This document shows, in pieces, positions 55,401-63,479 of a stretch of DNA of 64,000 nt; position 1 is the first letter of the stretch, and every line of letters starts with the position of its first letter. The stretch is from Eubacteriales bacterium (GTDB lineage Bacteria; Bacillota; Clostridia; Oscillospirales; CAG-272). A program made the translations under genes and the position numbers. The stretch covers positions 194 to 64,193 of the forward strand of contig JAZRCT010000020.1 of the NCBI GenBank assembly GCA_045659905.1. Direction: 5' to 3'. The notes below the pieces were generated by a model, which saw only the letters and a program-made list of their open reading frames with translations, had not been told where the DNA came from and searched no databases.

Positions 55401-57265
55401 CCACCGATAGCAAGAATTATAACGCCCCGAAAAGCATAACGAGGTCGGTGCTTATAACTCCCCTTGAAATCGAGGTAGTCTGGGAGGGACTGCGGCAGAC
55501 CTTCAGCGGCGCTTCTATATGCGCCACGGCAGCCTCCGAGCTTTGCGAAATCGAAGTTACGGGTGGCGGCGTTGATGCAGGCAGCTACACCGTCACCGCT
55601 GCCCCGAAAAGCCGAAATTACAGTATAAAAAACGCCCTTGCCACCCTGATAATAGAAAAATGCCAAAACGAATTTCTATCACAGCCTAGCATTCTTTCGG
55701 CGTATTTCGGCGACCGCCTAATCAAGGAGGGCAGCACGAAATACGGAAACGCCGTGTTCTCGTTCTACCTTGATAAAGCGCTGACGCAACCGATAGACGA
55801 GCCGTATGAGGTCGGAGAATATTATATGACCGTAAGCGCCCCCGAGGGGATAAACTATCTTGCGATAGTAAGCGAGCCGATAAAATTTTCTATACTAAAG
55901 GTTCTGCCGATAGGGCTGATGGGCGAAGTGAAAAAGGAGGTGCTTTTGGCGCTTGACCGAATAGCAAGCGAGGATATCGAGGTCAGCTTCGTCAATAACA
56001 ACGGTACTTTTACGAAAATTCCGTTTTCAAAGCTTAAGGTAAGCTACCGAAGCGGGGATTCGCTTCGCTACGGGGATAACGAAATAGGAATATCCGCAGG
56101 CGGATTTTATACTACGCTTGGCATAAGGGTAGCACGCAGAAGCTACGATATGGAGGAGGCAAGATGGGAAAATACGCACCATACCTACGACGGTGAGGAA
56201 AAGACGGCTAACGTAGTAGGGCTGCCCTCGGGCGTCAGCGTCAAGAAATATATATTAAACAAGGCGACGAATGCAGGCGAATACAGGCTTTCTTGCATAT
56301 TTGAATATGACAGAGAAAATTATAACGATCCGAAAATAGCCGAAGCAAGCCTCGTTATATATAAAAAGGAGCTAAAGCTGCCAAATGGCGCTGTATATAC
56401 CTACGATAAGGAAATAAAGCGGCTTTCGGTTGCCGATACGGATTACTATATCGGCGGCGAGGTGTACGGGACCGAGAGTGGTAAATATAGACTAGCCCTC
56501 ACTCTTAGGGATAGCGAAAATTATTGCTTTTCGGGCGGTGACTCGAGCGTCACGCTTGAAATTTTGCCAAGAGAAATAACGCTCAGGGTAAATCAGGATT
56601 TTGACAGCTATACGCTGATAGACGGCAGTATTATAGACGATGACGATATCGGCGTAAAATACGAGCAAATAGGTAATTTTGTATATATAAGCTTACAAAA
56701 TCCCAACTATAAAGCAACAGTAATACCGAGAAATGTAAATGATAAATCGGGTAATCTATGGATACTTTTGCTGATTGCCGCCGTTGCCGTATTCCTTTTC
56801 CTTTTAGGGTATTTTATCTATAAGAAAAGGCAGGAGATACGCCTTACCACGGCTGGAGCGCACGGAAGTGCAGACGGAGCAGCTAACACGGGAAAAGAAC
56901 AAAACCTCACGGCAACGCTAATGTGCGTAGACAGAGCGTATGCCGATAGCCTGATTTCAAATAGCCTTGCAAAAACTCTGAGGAAAAAGAGCGAGAGCGA
57001 AATAGAAAGCTCTGGCAGAGGACTTGCAAAAATATCGCTGGGGGCTATTTCGTCAGCCTTTGAATCGGGGGATTTGGTCGATATAAATGCGCTTAAAGAA
57101 AAAATGCTGATTTCAAGCGAGGCGGGAAAAATCAGAATAACCGCAGACGGCGTAATAGATAAGCCACTTAAGGTATACGCCGATTCCTTTGCGCCCTCGG
57201 CGCTAAAAATGATTGCTCTTACGGGCGGTGAAAGCTTTACAGTAAAGAAAAAACGCAAAATTTGA
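52472..57265 (+). CDS. 1597-aa surface repeat protein (beta-helix-like N-terminus, Listeria-Bacteroides repeat, more than 10 MBG/YDG-type repeats), C-terminal TM anchor and uL15-like cytoplasmic tail
   Basis: Signal peptide. GYSLFGWYTD repeat. Recurring ..YDGK.K.P...GLP....AG.Y.V......NY......I.KA.L units. TM helix LWILLLIAAVAVFLFLLGYFIY, then KKRQ. The tail aligns by eye with the C-terminal half of uL15. Confidence 0.85.
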   Translation: MFILKLARLLVLLIFGVASSIGGNAQSFEYSSEYTVSLCSYETSAEYTLESGGDCYILKCGESESRFSEPYEAINSLPDGAELKLCALSCGGGVIERSLTLSGELTVTSGNLAILGGTVTIDGISLELKSGGVIIKDGELLINGGELHSYAAEAISLSSTSSSLLVSGGEIYSENASAIRNTLGRVIISGGKISSRYTNCVYNCSELIISGGSLTSELPEISSSVPIFLSHGGDYFSERLRVEYREGFKKGKITPVFLGASAAQAELISVSDSSGEEYPLSFTLSSESLLLDCFLSVNLPYEVKFYHGDELLLSSYLYDGEALSQPSVSAPTGYSLFGWYTDYTLSERYAFGMGVSGDLSLFSEFRLIPPSFEISSLSFTYDKASHLLAFDRIYHPCLDEGKLYYKWYKDGAVISSKEMLELSKVSDSGSYKCELTFTYNGDFSYSVTPELNVEIFPKLVEISPPASKEYTGEILYPDIAESELYYSDFKGGVEAGVYEVILTMHDGENYRFSEGVSPSLTLNFSITRAKNYFTEISVAEEYFIGTPFDAVFRTRFGTPRLLFSLESGQGFSDKFPSEAGEYYLMASVDPCESFEGVTSSPIPFSLKEDSLISLDLLTPPTKLSYLAFEFVSLEGISLEATYLSGVKTEVPASLISVEYKNSYGLSVTDRSVTLSYLDLAIPLSVSVSPCDYDISGIEFSDKSLPFCGKWQTLSAAGKIVGKDGKELLMSLRGGGVNAGRYTVSLEFTSQSLNYNTPPTLYRTLDITPLEVVCEYSNLEFIYDGSVKAPSAAAYGVNSLPLSVRVESVFIDAGSYTVSAVLPDGNYRLKNPSVSFVIKKAPLNLSGARLSESSFIYDGKPKSVSLVGLPEAVYAVGYLDSVYTEAGDYLARVSLSFDERNYYLDSQLSYKWSIAKAEYDMSGIEFLDTEVVYDGKSHTPRVVGRLPVGADGSSPEYRFLNSVCDVTGDGVSVTAVFSTDSKNYNAPKSITRSVLITPLEIEVVWEGLRQTFSGASICATAASELCEIEVTGGGVDAGSYTVTAAPKSRNYSIKNALATLIIEKCQNEFLSQPSILSAYFGDRLIKEGSTKYGNAVFSFYLDKALTQPIDEPYEVGEYYMTVSAPEGINYLAIVSEPIKFSILKVLPIGLMGEVKKEVLLALDRIASEDIEVSFVNNNGTFTKIPFSKLKVSYRSGDSLRYGDNEIGISAGGFYTTLGIRVARRSYDMEEARWENTHHTYDGEEKTANVVGLPSGVSVKKYILNKATNAGEYRLSCIFEYDRENYNDPKIAEASLVIYKKELKLPNGAVYTYDKEIKRLSVADTDYYIGGEVYGTESGKYRLALTLRDSENYCFSGGDSSVTLEILPREITLRVNQDFDSYTLIDGSIIDDDDIGVKYEQIGNFVYISLQNPNYKATVIPRNVNDKSGNLWILLLIAAVAVFLFLLGYFIYKKRQEIRLTTAGAHGSADGAANTGKEQNLTATLMCVDRAYADSLISNSLAKTLRKKSESEIESSGRGLAKISLGAISSAFESGDLVDINALKEKMLISSEAGKIRITADGVIDKPLKVYADSFAPSALKMIALTGGESFTVKKKRKI

Positions 57266-57284
57266 CCTAAATATTTAAAATCAC

Positions 57285-57313
57285 TTGAAAAAATGCAACC
57301 TCGGTGCTATAAT
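57285..57313 (+). promoter_or_regulatory. sigma-A promoter of the ECF-S-like gene
   Basis: TTGAAA-17 nt-TATAAT with a TGc extension. The leader is short, with no room for a riboswitch. Confidence 0.55.
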
Positions 57314-57340
57314 AAATAAAAAACATCAGAGGTAAAAGCT

Positions 57341-57937
57341 GTGAAAAATAAAATCAATATAAGAAAGCTCACCTATCTTGCAATGCTTACAGCGCTCGTA
57401 GTAGTGCTTCAGCTGGCGATAGCTCCGCTTATCGGCTCGCTTACGGGACTTTCGCCCGCTTTGGTGCTCGTTCCGATTATGCTCGGCGTGGCAGCTATGG
57501 GTATTGGCGGCGGCGCTTGGCTTGCTTTCGTATTTTCATTCATAGTTCTTTTCGACCCGACGACCGTGCCTTTTCTTGAATTTAATCCATTCCTTACGGT
57601 GCTTTTGGTTTTCGTTAAGGGAGTAGGCTCTGCGGTGCTTTCGGGACTTATTTTCAAGCTTCTTCAGAACAAGAATAGAATTCTCAGCCTTGCGCTTGCA
57701 TCGGTGTGTATGCCGATATTTAATACAGGCATATTCGTCGTTGGCTGTCTTTTATTCTTCCGTGAGCTTACGGGAGTTGGCATATATGCGCTCTTTACCT
57801 CGGTTAATTTTATAATCGAGCTTGTAATCAATCTTACGCTCGTTCCCGCTATCCACCACCTGCTTTTGATTTCGGGCGTGCTTAAGGATAACGCAAATAA
57901 GCCTTCCTCGGTCGATTCCGAGAATAGCGAAAATTAA
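57341..57937 (+). CDS. ECF transporter S-component-like membrane protein (substrate unknown)
   Basis: 198 aa, 5-6 TM helices, N-terminus ..IRKLTYLAMLTALVVVLQL typical of S components. GTG start with a GAGGT RBS. Confidence 0.55.
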   Translation: MKNKINIRKLTYLAMLTALVVVLQLAIAPLIGSLTGLSPALVLVPIMLGVAAMGIGGGAWLAFVFSFIVLFDPTTVPFLEFNPFLTVLLVFVKGVGSAVLSGLIFKLLQNKNRILSLALASVCMPIFNTGIFVVGCLLFFRELTGVGIYALFTSVNFIIELVINLTLVPAIHHLLLISGVLKDNANKPSSVDSENSEN

Positions 57938-57949
57938 ATAAAAAGGGAA

Positions 57950-57981
57950 GAGGACAGCCCCTGAGTATTAGGGCTGTCCTC
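57950..57981 (+). terminator. GC-rich hairpin after the ECF-S-like gene
   Basis: Perfect 11-bp stem GAGGACAGCCC / GGGCTGTCCTC. There is no T tract, so termination efficiency is uncertain. Confidence 0.35.
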
Positions 57982-57991
57982 AATTCAGATT

Positions 57992-58669
57992 ATGCCGAAA
58001 ATCATATATAAGGACGAAAATATAGTAGTAATAGACAAGCCCGTCGGTATGCCCTCGCAAAGCGATATGAGCCGTGACACCGACGCTATGACGGCGACCT
58101 CTAAGCTTCTTTCTGCTGCGGGCGAGGATGGCAATCTCTTTTTGATTCACAGGCTTGACAGAGGGGTTGGCGGACTTATGGTGTTTGCGAGAAATAAGCG
58201 ATGCGCAGCCGAGCTTTCCTCTGCTATACAAAACAGGAGCTTTTCTAAGGAATATCTTGCGGTAGCTAAGGGAATACCCGAGGATGGCGTATATACGGAT
58301 TATCTCTTTAAGGATAGCGCCTCTAATAAATCCTACGCCGTAAGGACAGAGCGCCGAGGAACGAAATACGCCGAGCTTTCGCTGTCGAAAATAGCCACCC
58401 GCACGCTTGACGAGGGCGCAAAGACGCTGGTCAGAGTAAAGCTTTCTACGGGCAGACACCACCAGATAAGAGTTCAGCTTTCAAGCCGCAAAACGCCTCT
58501 TGTGGGCGATAAGAAATACGGCGGCGGTGACGCTTTGAGCGGGGGCGTTGCGCTTTTTGCTTTTTCCTTAAGCTTCAATATGCTGGGCAAGGAATACTCG
58601 TTTTTTGCTAAGCCAAATACCGATAAATACCCTTGGAAAATCTTTAAGGACGAGGTTGATTCTATATGA
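57992..58669 (+). CDS. RluA-family pseudouridine synthase (no S4 domain)
   Basis: 225 aa, VIDKP.GM and HRLDRGVGGLMVFA catalytic-Asp motif. Confidence 0.85.
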   Translation: MPKIIYKDENIVVIDKPVGMPSQSDMSRDTDAMTATSKLLSAAGEDGNLFLIHRLDRGVGGLMVFARNKRCAAELSSAIQNRSFSKEYLAVAKGIPEDGVYTDYLFKDSASNKSYAVRTERRGTKYAELSLSKIATRTLDEGAKTLVRVKLSTGRHHQIRVQLSSRKTPLVGDKKYGGGDALSGGVALFAFSLSFNMLGKEYSFFAKPNTDKYPWKIFKDEVDSI

Positions 58670-59808
58670 CCGAAAAGCTATATTATAAGGACGCTTACGT
58701 AAAGGAATTTACGGCAACGGTGCTTTTTTGCCGTGAGCTTTGCGGAAAATACGAGGTAATACTGGATAGGACTGCCTTTTTCCCCGAGGAGGGCGGTCAG
58801 AGCGCCGATACGGGCTTTATAAATTCCATACCCGTAATAGCCGTAAAGGAGCGTGAGGGGATTATATATCACACCCTTGAGCGTGCCGTTTCGGTCGGGG
58901 AATGCGTATTTTGCAGTCTTGATTTTAAGTCTCGCTTTTCAAAAATGCAGATACATACCGCCGAGCATATCCTCTCAGGACTTTTTCATAGCGAGTACGG
59001 TATAGAAAACGTCGGCTTCCGTCTTGGGGAGGGCGAGGTTACTATGGATACCTCTGCCCCCGTATCCGAGGAGATGGCAGACCGAATAGAGGCGCTTGCC
59101 AACGAAGCGGTATTTTCAAATAAGCGTGTAAGTGCGAAAATATATTCGCAAGAGGAAATAGGGGATAAGAAATACCGAGCAAAGCTTGAATTTTCCTCCG
59201 ACGTGCGCCTCGTCGAGATTGAGGGCGTCGACCTTTGCGCCTGCTGCGCTCCCCACGTCGCAAGGACGGGCGAGATAGGAATAATCAAGATTTTGAGGCT
59301 TGAAAGTCATAAGGGCGGCACACGCATATACATTCTGGCAGGTGAGAGAGCCTACCTTTATACAAAGGAGCTTTATAAGACTGCGCAAAGGGCATCGGCT
59401 ATGCTATCTGCGCCTCCTATTTCGATAGATAAGGAAATAATGAAGCTCATAGAGGCAAAAGCGAATACCGAAAGGTCGCTATCCTTGCTGAGAGAGGAAT
59501 ATGCGCTCGCCTCCGTCAACGCTTGTATAAAGAGCGAGGGGGATCTCGTCTTGTATTTTGATTTTGCGACGAGAGCGGAGCTTCGCACGGCGGTAAAGGC
59601 TATGAAGGAGCGTGCGGGCGGTATCGCCGTAGCCTTGGGTAAGGCAGAGCGCGGATACAGCTTCGTTATGCTCGGCGACGGCGATATTTCGGCAGAGGTC
59701 AAAAAAGCTACCGCCGCCCTTATGGGAAAGGGCGGCGGCAGAGGAAATATGGCAGAGGGAAGCTTCGGCGCTCCACTCGATGAAATAACCCAATATTTTA
59801 AGGGTTAA
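58666..59808 (+). CDS. alaX: alanyl-tRNA editing protein AlaX-L type
   Basis: 380 aa. Editing-domain zinc motifs HTAEH and CACCAPH. C-terminal DHHA1-like GKGGGRGNMAEG. ATGA overlap with the upstream gene. Confidence 0.8.
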   Translation: MTEKLYYKDAYVKEFTATVLFCRELCGKYEVILDRTAFFPEEGGQSADTGFINSIPVIAVKEREGIIYHTLERAVSVGECVFCSLDFKSRFSKMQIHTAEHILSGLFHSEYGIENVGFRLGEGEVTMDTSAPVSEEMADRIEALANEAVFSNKRVSAKIYSQEEIGDKKYRAKLEFSSDVRLVEIEGVDLCACCAPHVARTGEIGIIKILRLESHKGGTRIYILAGERAYLYTKELYKTAQRASAMLSAPPISIDKEIMKLIEAKANTERSLSLLREEYALASVNACIKSEGDLVLYFDFATRAELRTAVKAMKERAGGIAVALGKAERGYSFVMLGDGDISAEVKKATAALMGKGGGRGNMAEGSFGAPLDEITQYFKG

Positions 59809-59816
59809 GGTTTTTC

Positions 59817-60308
59817 TTATTCCTTAAAGGTAAGAGTGATTGAATCGGTATTCGAGCTTAGCTTCGTGAGCTTCACGCCTGCTGCGGCAAGCATGCGCTT
59901 GGAATTCTTCGTCGAGGGGGTGTCTGCGTACTTGTCGGAAAGATACACAACCTCTCTTATTCCTGCCTGAATTATAGCCTTAGCGCATTCGTTGCAGGGG
60001 AAAAGTCCTACGTATACGGTAGAGCCGACGAGCGACTTTCCACGGGTGTTAAGTATTGCGTTAAGCTCGGCGTGTACGACGAAGGGATACTTCGTCTCGC
60101 CCTCGCTTTCGTCACGTCCCCAGGGGAATTCGTCGTCAGAGCAGCCCTTGGGAAAGCCGTTGTAGCCGGTAGAGAGTATGCGGTTGTTCTCGTCGACGAT
60201 GCAAGCGCCGACCTGAGTGCTTGGGTCCTTTGAGCGCTTTGCGGCAAGCAGAGCCACGCCCATAAAGTATTCGTCCCAGCTGATATATCCTTCTCTTTTC
60301 TTAGTCAT
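59817..60308 (-). CDS. comEB: dCMP deaminase (ComEB-type)
   Basis: HAELNAI and PCNECAK zinc motifs. The ATG at 60308 has a GAGGT RBS and lies downstream of the promoter at 60342-60371. The ORF-track start at 60386 is upstream of that promoter. Confidence 0.85.
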   Translation of the reverse strand: MTKKREGYISWDEYFMGVALLAAKRSKDPSTQVGACIVDENNRILSTGYNGFPKGCSDDEFPWGRDESEGETKYPFVVHAELNAILNTRGKSLVGSTVYVGLFPCNECAKAIIQAGIREVVYLSDKYADTPSTKNSKRMLAAAGVKLTKLSSNTDSITLTFKE

Positions 60309-60341
60309 ATCATACCTCATATAATAATCGGATTTTTTCTT

Positions 60342-60371
60342 TAGTATAGCATCAAAATATAGCCTTGTCAA
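60342..60371 (-). promoter_or_regulatory. sigma-A promoter of the dCMP deaminase gene
   Basis: Minus strand reads TTGACA-18 nt-TATACT with a TGc extension. Confidence 0.5.
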
Positions 60372-60430
60372 TATTTCTTTTGGCAAATTCGGGGCTGAAA
60401 GCGAATGAAATCGAAGGGAGTGAGCGGCAA

Positions 60431-61309
60431 ATGTATTCTGAATGTATGCTCTGCGAGCGTATGTGCCGTGTAAACAGAAGCGCAGGCGAGACAGGCTTTT
60501 GCAGGTCTTACGGTTTGCCTAGGGTGTCGCTTTCTCAGCTTCACTTTTACGAAGAGCCTATAATTTCTGGCAAAAGTGGCTCCGGCGCTATCTTCTTTTC
60601 GGGCTGCTCGCTTGCCTGCTCCTACTGCCAGAATAGCGAAATATCAAGAGGAGCGGTAGGTAAGGAGGTCGACTGCGACGAGCTTGCCACCCTTATGCTT
60701 GCGCTTGAGGCAGAGGGCGCTCACAATATAAATTTCGTCACCCCAACGCATTTTTCACCCTCTGTCGCAGAAGCGATTGATATATCAAGAGCGAGAGGGC
60801 TTAAAATCCCGATAGTCTACAACACCTCAAGCTACGAGAGTGAGGCTGCGCTTCGTAGGCTTGACGGGAGAGTGGAGGTCTATCTTCCCGACCTTAAATA
60901 TTACCGAGCTGCGCTCGCCGAAAAATATTCAGCCGCAAGGAATTATCCCGAGGCAGCAAGGCGCAATATAGATATAATGCTTAAGCAAAGAGGTAAATTC
61001 CGTCTTAATAAAGAGGGAATAATAGAGAGCGGTGTGGTAGTAAGGCTTCTGCTTTTGCCCTCGGCGCTGGCCGATACGAAGCTGAATCTTAAATACCTCT
61101 ACGACCGCTACGGCGACGATATCTATATAAGCCTTATGAGCCAGTATACCCCAAATGAAAGACTTGCGCCGCCGCTCAACCGCAGAGTGACTAAGTCTGA
61201 GTACGACGAGCTTCTCGAATACGCCTACAAGCTTGGCGTAAAATATGCATTTACTCAGGATAAGTCCAGCGCAAGCAAAATTTACACGCCCGACTTTGGT
61301 GGCGATTAA
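60431..61309 (+). CDS. radical SAM protein, PflX-like (pyruvate formate-lyase activase-related)
   Basis: CSLACSYCQN, a CX3CX2C motif. AAGGGAG RBS before the ATG at 60431. Confidence 0.8.
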   Translation: MYSECMLCERMCRVNRSAGETGFCRSYGLPRVSLSQLHFYEEPIISGKSGSGAIFFSGCSLACSYCQNSEISRGAVGKEVDCDELATLMLALEAEGAHNINFVTPTHFSPSVAEAIDISRARGLKIPIVYNTSSYESEAALRRLDGRVEVYLPDLKYYRAALAEKYSAARNYPEAARRNIDIMLKQRGKFRLNKEGIIESGVVVRLLLLPSALADTKLNLKYLYDRYGDDIYISLMSQYTPNERLAPPLNRRVTKSEYDELLEYAYKLGVKYAFTQDKSSASKIYTPDFGGD

Positions 61310-61343
61310 TTCGGTATATGACAACAAATAGTTGCAAAATCAA

Positions 61344-61385
61344 AAGCATTCAGCTATAAAACAACTGCTGAATGCTTCTGTTTTT
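61344..61385. terminator. bidirectional terminator between the radical SAM gene and rsmI
   Basis: AAGCATTCAGC / GCTGAATGCTT, an 11-bp stem, followed by CTGTTTTT. Confidence 0.7.
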
Positions 61386-61386
61386 C

Positions 61387-62247
61387 TTATTTGTTTAGCC
61401 TTGCATAAAGCTCAGACTTCGGTATTCCTCTGTCCCTTGCAGCGGCCTTAATTGCGTCCATGCGCTTAAGACCTTCCTTTTCGTAGTAGCCTACGTGCTC
61501 CTCCTCGGAAAGCTGAAGGAGCGGATTGTCGCCGTCAATTTCAGCAGGGGTTGCGCCCTCTACTACGAGCACGAATTCGCCTCTCGGCTCGTTTGCCTCG
61601 TAATAGGCGCAGGCAGAGGAGAGCGTCGTACGCCTTATTTCCTCGTTAAGCTTCGTAAGCTCTCGGCAGATGGCAATTTTCCTTTCTTCACCGAGAATTT
61701 TTACCATAGCCGAAAGCGTGTCCTTAAGCTTGTGCGGAGCTTCGTAATAAATTACGGTGCGCACTTCGTTCTTAAGCTCGGTGAGTCGCTTTTCCTTTTC
61801 GCCCTGCTTCGCAGGCAGAAATCCCTCGAAGCAGAATTTAGAGGTAGCAAGCGACGAAAGAGCAAGAGCGCTGATAAGAGCAGTAGGCCCCGGGACTGTG
61901 GTGACGGTGATGCCCGCCTCGGCGCAAAGCTTTACAATATCCTCCCCGGGGTCGCTTACGGCAGGCATACCCGCATCGGTGACGATAGCGCAACTCTCGC
62001 CCGAAAGAAGCCTTGCGACGATTTTCTCGCCGCTTATGCGCTTGTTGTGCTCGTGGTAGCTGACGGTTTCCTTCTTTATTCCAAAAAGGGAAAGGAGCTT
62101 CTGCGAATTTCTCGTGTCCTCGCAGGCGATAAAATCCACCTCTGCGAGCGTTTTTTTCGCTCTTTCGGATAGGTCTGCGAGATTGCCGATGGGAGTGCCG
62201 ACGAGGTAGAGCGTTGATTTTTCTATCTTATTCTTTTCCTGACTCAA
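61387..62247 (-). CDS. rsmI: 16S rRNA (cytidine1402-2'-O)-methyltransferase
   Basis: 286 aa, LYLVGTPIGNL.D.S.RA...L......ACEDTR, the RsmI signature. Confidence 0.9.
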   Translation of the reverse strand: MSQEKNKIEKSTLYLVGTPIGNLADLSERAKKTLAEVDFIACEDTRNSQKLLSLFGIKKETVSYHEHNKRISGEKIVARLLSGESCAIVTDAGMPAVSDPGEDIVKLCAEAGITVTTVPGPTALISALALSSLATSKFCFEGFLPAKQGEKEKRLTELKNEVRTVIYYEAPHKLKDTLSAMVKILGEERKIAICRELTKLNEEIRRTTLSSACAYYEANEPRGEFVLVVEGATPAEIDGDNPLLQLSEEEHVGYYEKEGLKRMDAIKAAARDRGIPKSELYARLNK

Positions 62248-62251
62248 GGCT

Positions 62252-63007
62252 CTATCTCCTTTTTCTGAATTTGTCGGGGAAGAATCCCTCGGAATTTATG
62301 AATTTCATATCCTCGCTGTATTCCGTATGCGACTTGTCGGCGTAGAGAATCAGCGGCGGCGTCAGGAAAAGCCCGCACTTGCTGCCCTTCTTGCCCTCAA
62401 TTAAAAGCATTGAGGGAGCAGAGGACTCGTCGGCGTGCACCATAGTAAGCCGCTTCGGCTCGATTCCACAATTTCGCATAGCCGAAATTAAATCGGGCAT
62501 TCTGTCGCATCTGTATACCGCATAAAACAATCCGCCGTATTTTAGCATAAGCCTTGCCGCATTGACGAAATCCGAAATGTCGCCACATACCTCGTGGCGA
62601 GCCGTGTTTTTGCTTTCGCTTTCGTTTTTGTACCCGGAGGTCGCCTTCATATATGGCGGATTCGTGTATACCGCATCGTATATCTCGCCGCTTACGTAGT
62701 CACGAATATCCATATTAAAGCTGTTGAGTCTGTCGTCAAGACCGTTAAGCTTTGCGTTCCTTGCGGTAAGCTTAGCGTATTCCTCCTGCACCTCGTAGCA
62801 ATCGCATATATCTAGCTTGCCCCTTGAGAGAAGAAGCAGGGTAATGATACCGCTGCCTGCGCCAAGCTCAGCACCGAGCGCACCTTTTTTGTTGATAAAG
62901 CCTGCAAGCAGGAGTGCATCCGTACCAAAGGTAAGGCCGTCTGTATTCTGTATAAGAGAAAGATTATCGTTGACATAGTCAAGTCTTTCGTTGTCCTTAA
63001 GCTCCAT
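62252..63007 (-). CDS. trmN6: tRNA1(Val) (adenine37-N6)-methyltransferase (YfiC/YabB type)
   Basis: 251 aa, SAM motif ELGAGSG, catalytic NPPY. Conserved position next to rsmI. Confidence 0.8.
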   Translation of the reverse strand: MELKDNERLDYVNDNLSLIQNTDGLTFGTDALLLAGFINKKGALGAELGAGSGIITLLLLSRGKLDICDCYEVQEEYAKLTARNAKLNGLDDRLNSFNMDIRDYVSGEIYDAVYTNPPYMKATSGYKNESESKNTARHEVCGDISDFVNAARLMLKYGGLFYAVYRCDRMPDLISAMRNCGIEPKRLTMVHADESSAPSMLLIEGKKGSKCGLFLTPPLILYADKSHTEYSEDMKFINSEGFFPDKFRKRR

Positions 63008-63187
63008 AAAAATTCCTCATATCGGTATTTATCGGCGCTCACGATTCGTCCTGCGGCGTAAATTCCAATTGAACGTCACGCCTTTTTCGAGCGTTAAAGC
63101 AACCTACGCTCGTCGTCCGACAAAAACGCAAGCTTCGCCGACCGCCGTATTTTTAAAAAAGTAAATCGCTGAAACTTTAAAGCAAAA

Positions 63188-63224
63188 TGGCTGCCTCAAA
63201 TGCAAAGCGCAAAAGAGACAGCCA
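63188..63224 (-). terminator. terminator after the ferredoxin gene
   Basis: TGGCTGCCTC / GAGACAGCCA stem (1 mismatch) with A/T runs on both sides. Confidence 0.5.
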
Positions 63225-63247
63225 CTTTTTCCGAGATTATGTATTAA

Positions 63248-63418
63248 TTACTCCTCGGCAGGTGCTCCAACAGGGCATGCATCAGCGCAAGAGCCGCAGG
63301 AAATGCACTCGTCAGCGTTGATTACGTACTTGCCGTCACCCTCGGAAATGCATCCAACGGGGCATGCGTCAGCGCAAGCGCCGCAGGAGATGCACTCATC
63401 AGAAATTTTGTAAGCCAT
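63248..63418 (-). CDS. fdx: 2x[4Fe-4S] clostridial-type ferredoxin (56 aa, below the ORF-track length cutoff)
   Basis: Manual translation: MAYKISDECISCGACADACPVGCISEGDGKYVINADECISCGSCADACPVGAPAEE. It has two CxxCxxCxxxCP motifs. GGAGG RBS 9 nt upstream of the ATG. Confidence 0.9.
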   Translation of the reverse strand: MAYKISDECISCGACADACPVGCISEGDGKYVINADECISCGSCADACPVGAPAEE

Positions 63419-63451
63419 CTTAATTTACCTCCATAAATAGTAGCTAAATAT

Positions 63452-63479
63452 ATTTTAACACAACTTGTGAAAAAATCAA
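63452..63479 (-). promoter_or_regulatory. sigma-A promoter of the ferredoxin gene
   Basis: Minus strand reads TTGATT-16 nt-TAAAAT with a TGt extension. Confidence 0.5.

Noticed and set aside
54866-55666. Antisense ORFs (138, 79 and 106 aa) inside the giant surface-protein gene.
   Set aside because: They are shadow frames within a continuous 1597-aa ORF and have no RBS.
60309-60386. ORF-track upstream start of dCMP deaminase (MPKEILTRLYFDAILKKKSDYYMRYD...).
   Set aside because: The extension covers the gene's own TTGACA/TATACT promoter. The conserved deaminase N-terminus starts at the ATG at 60308, which has a GAGGT RBS.
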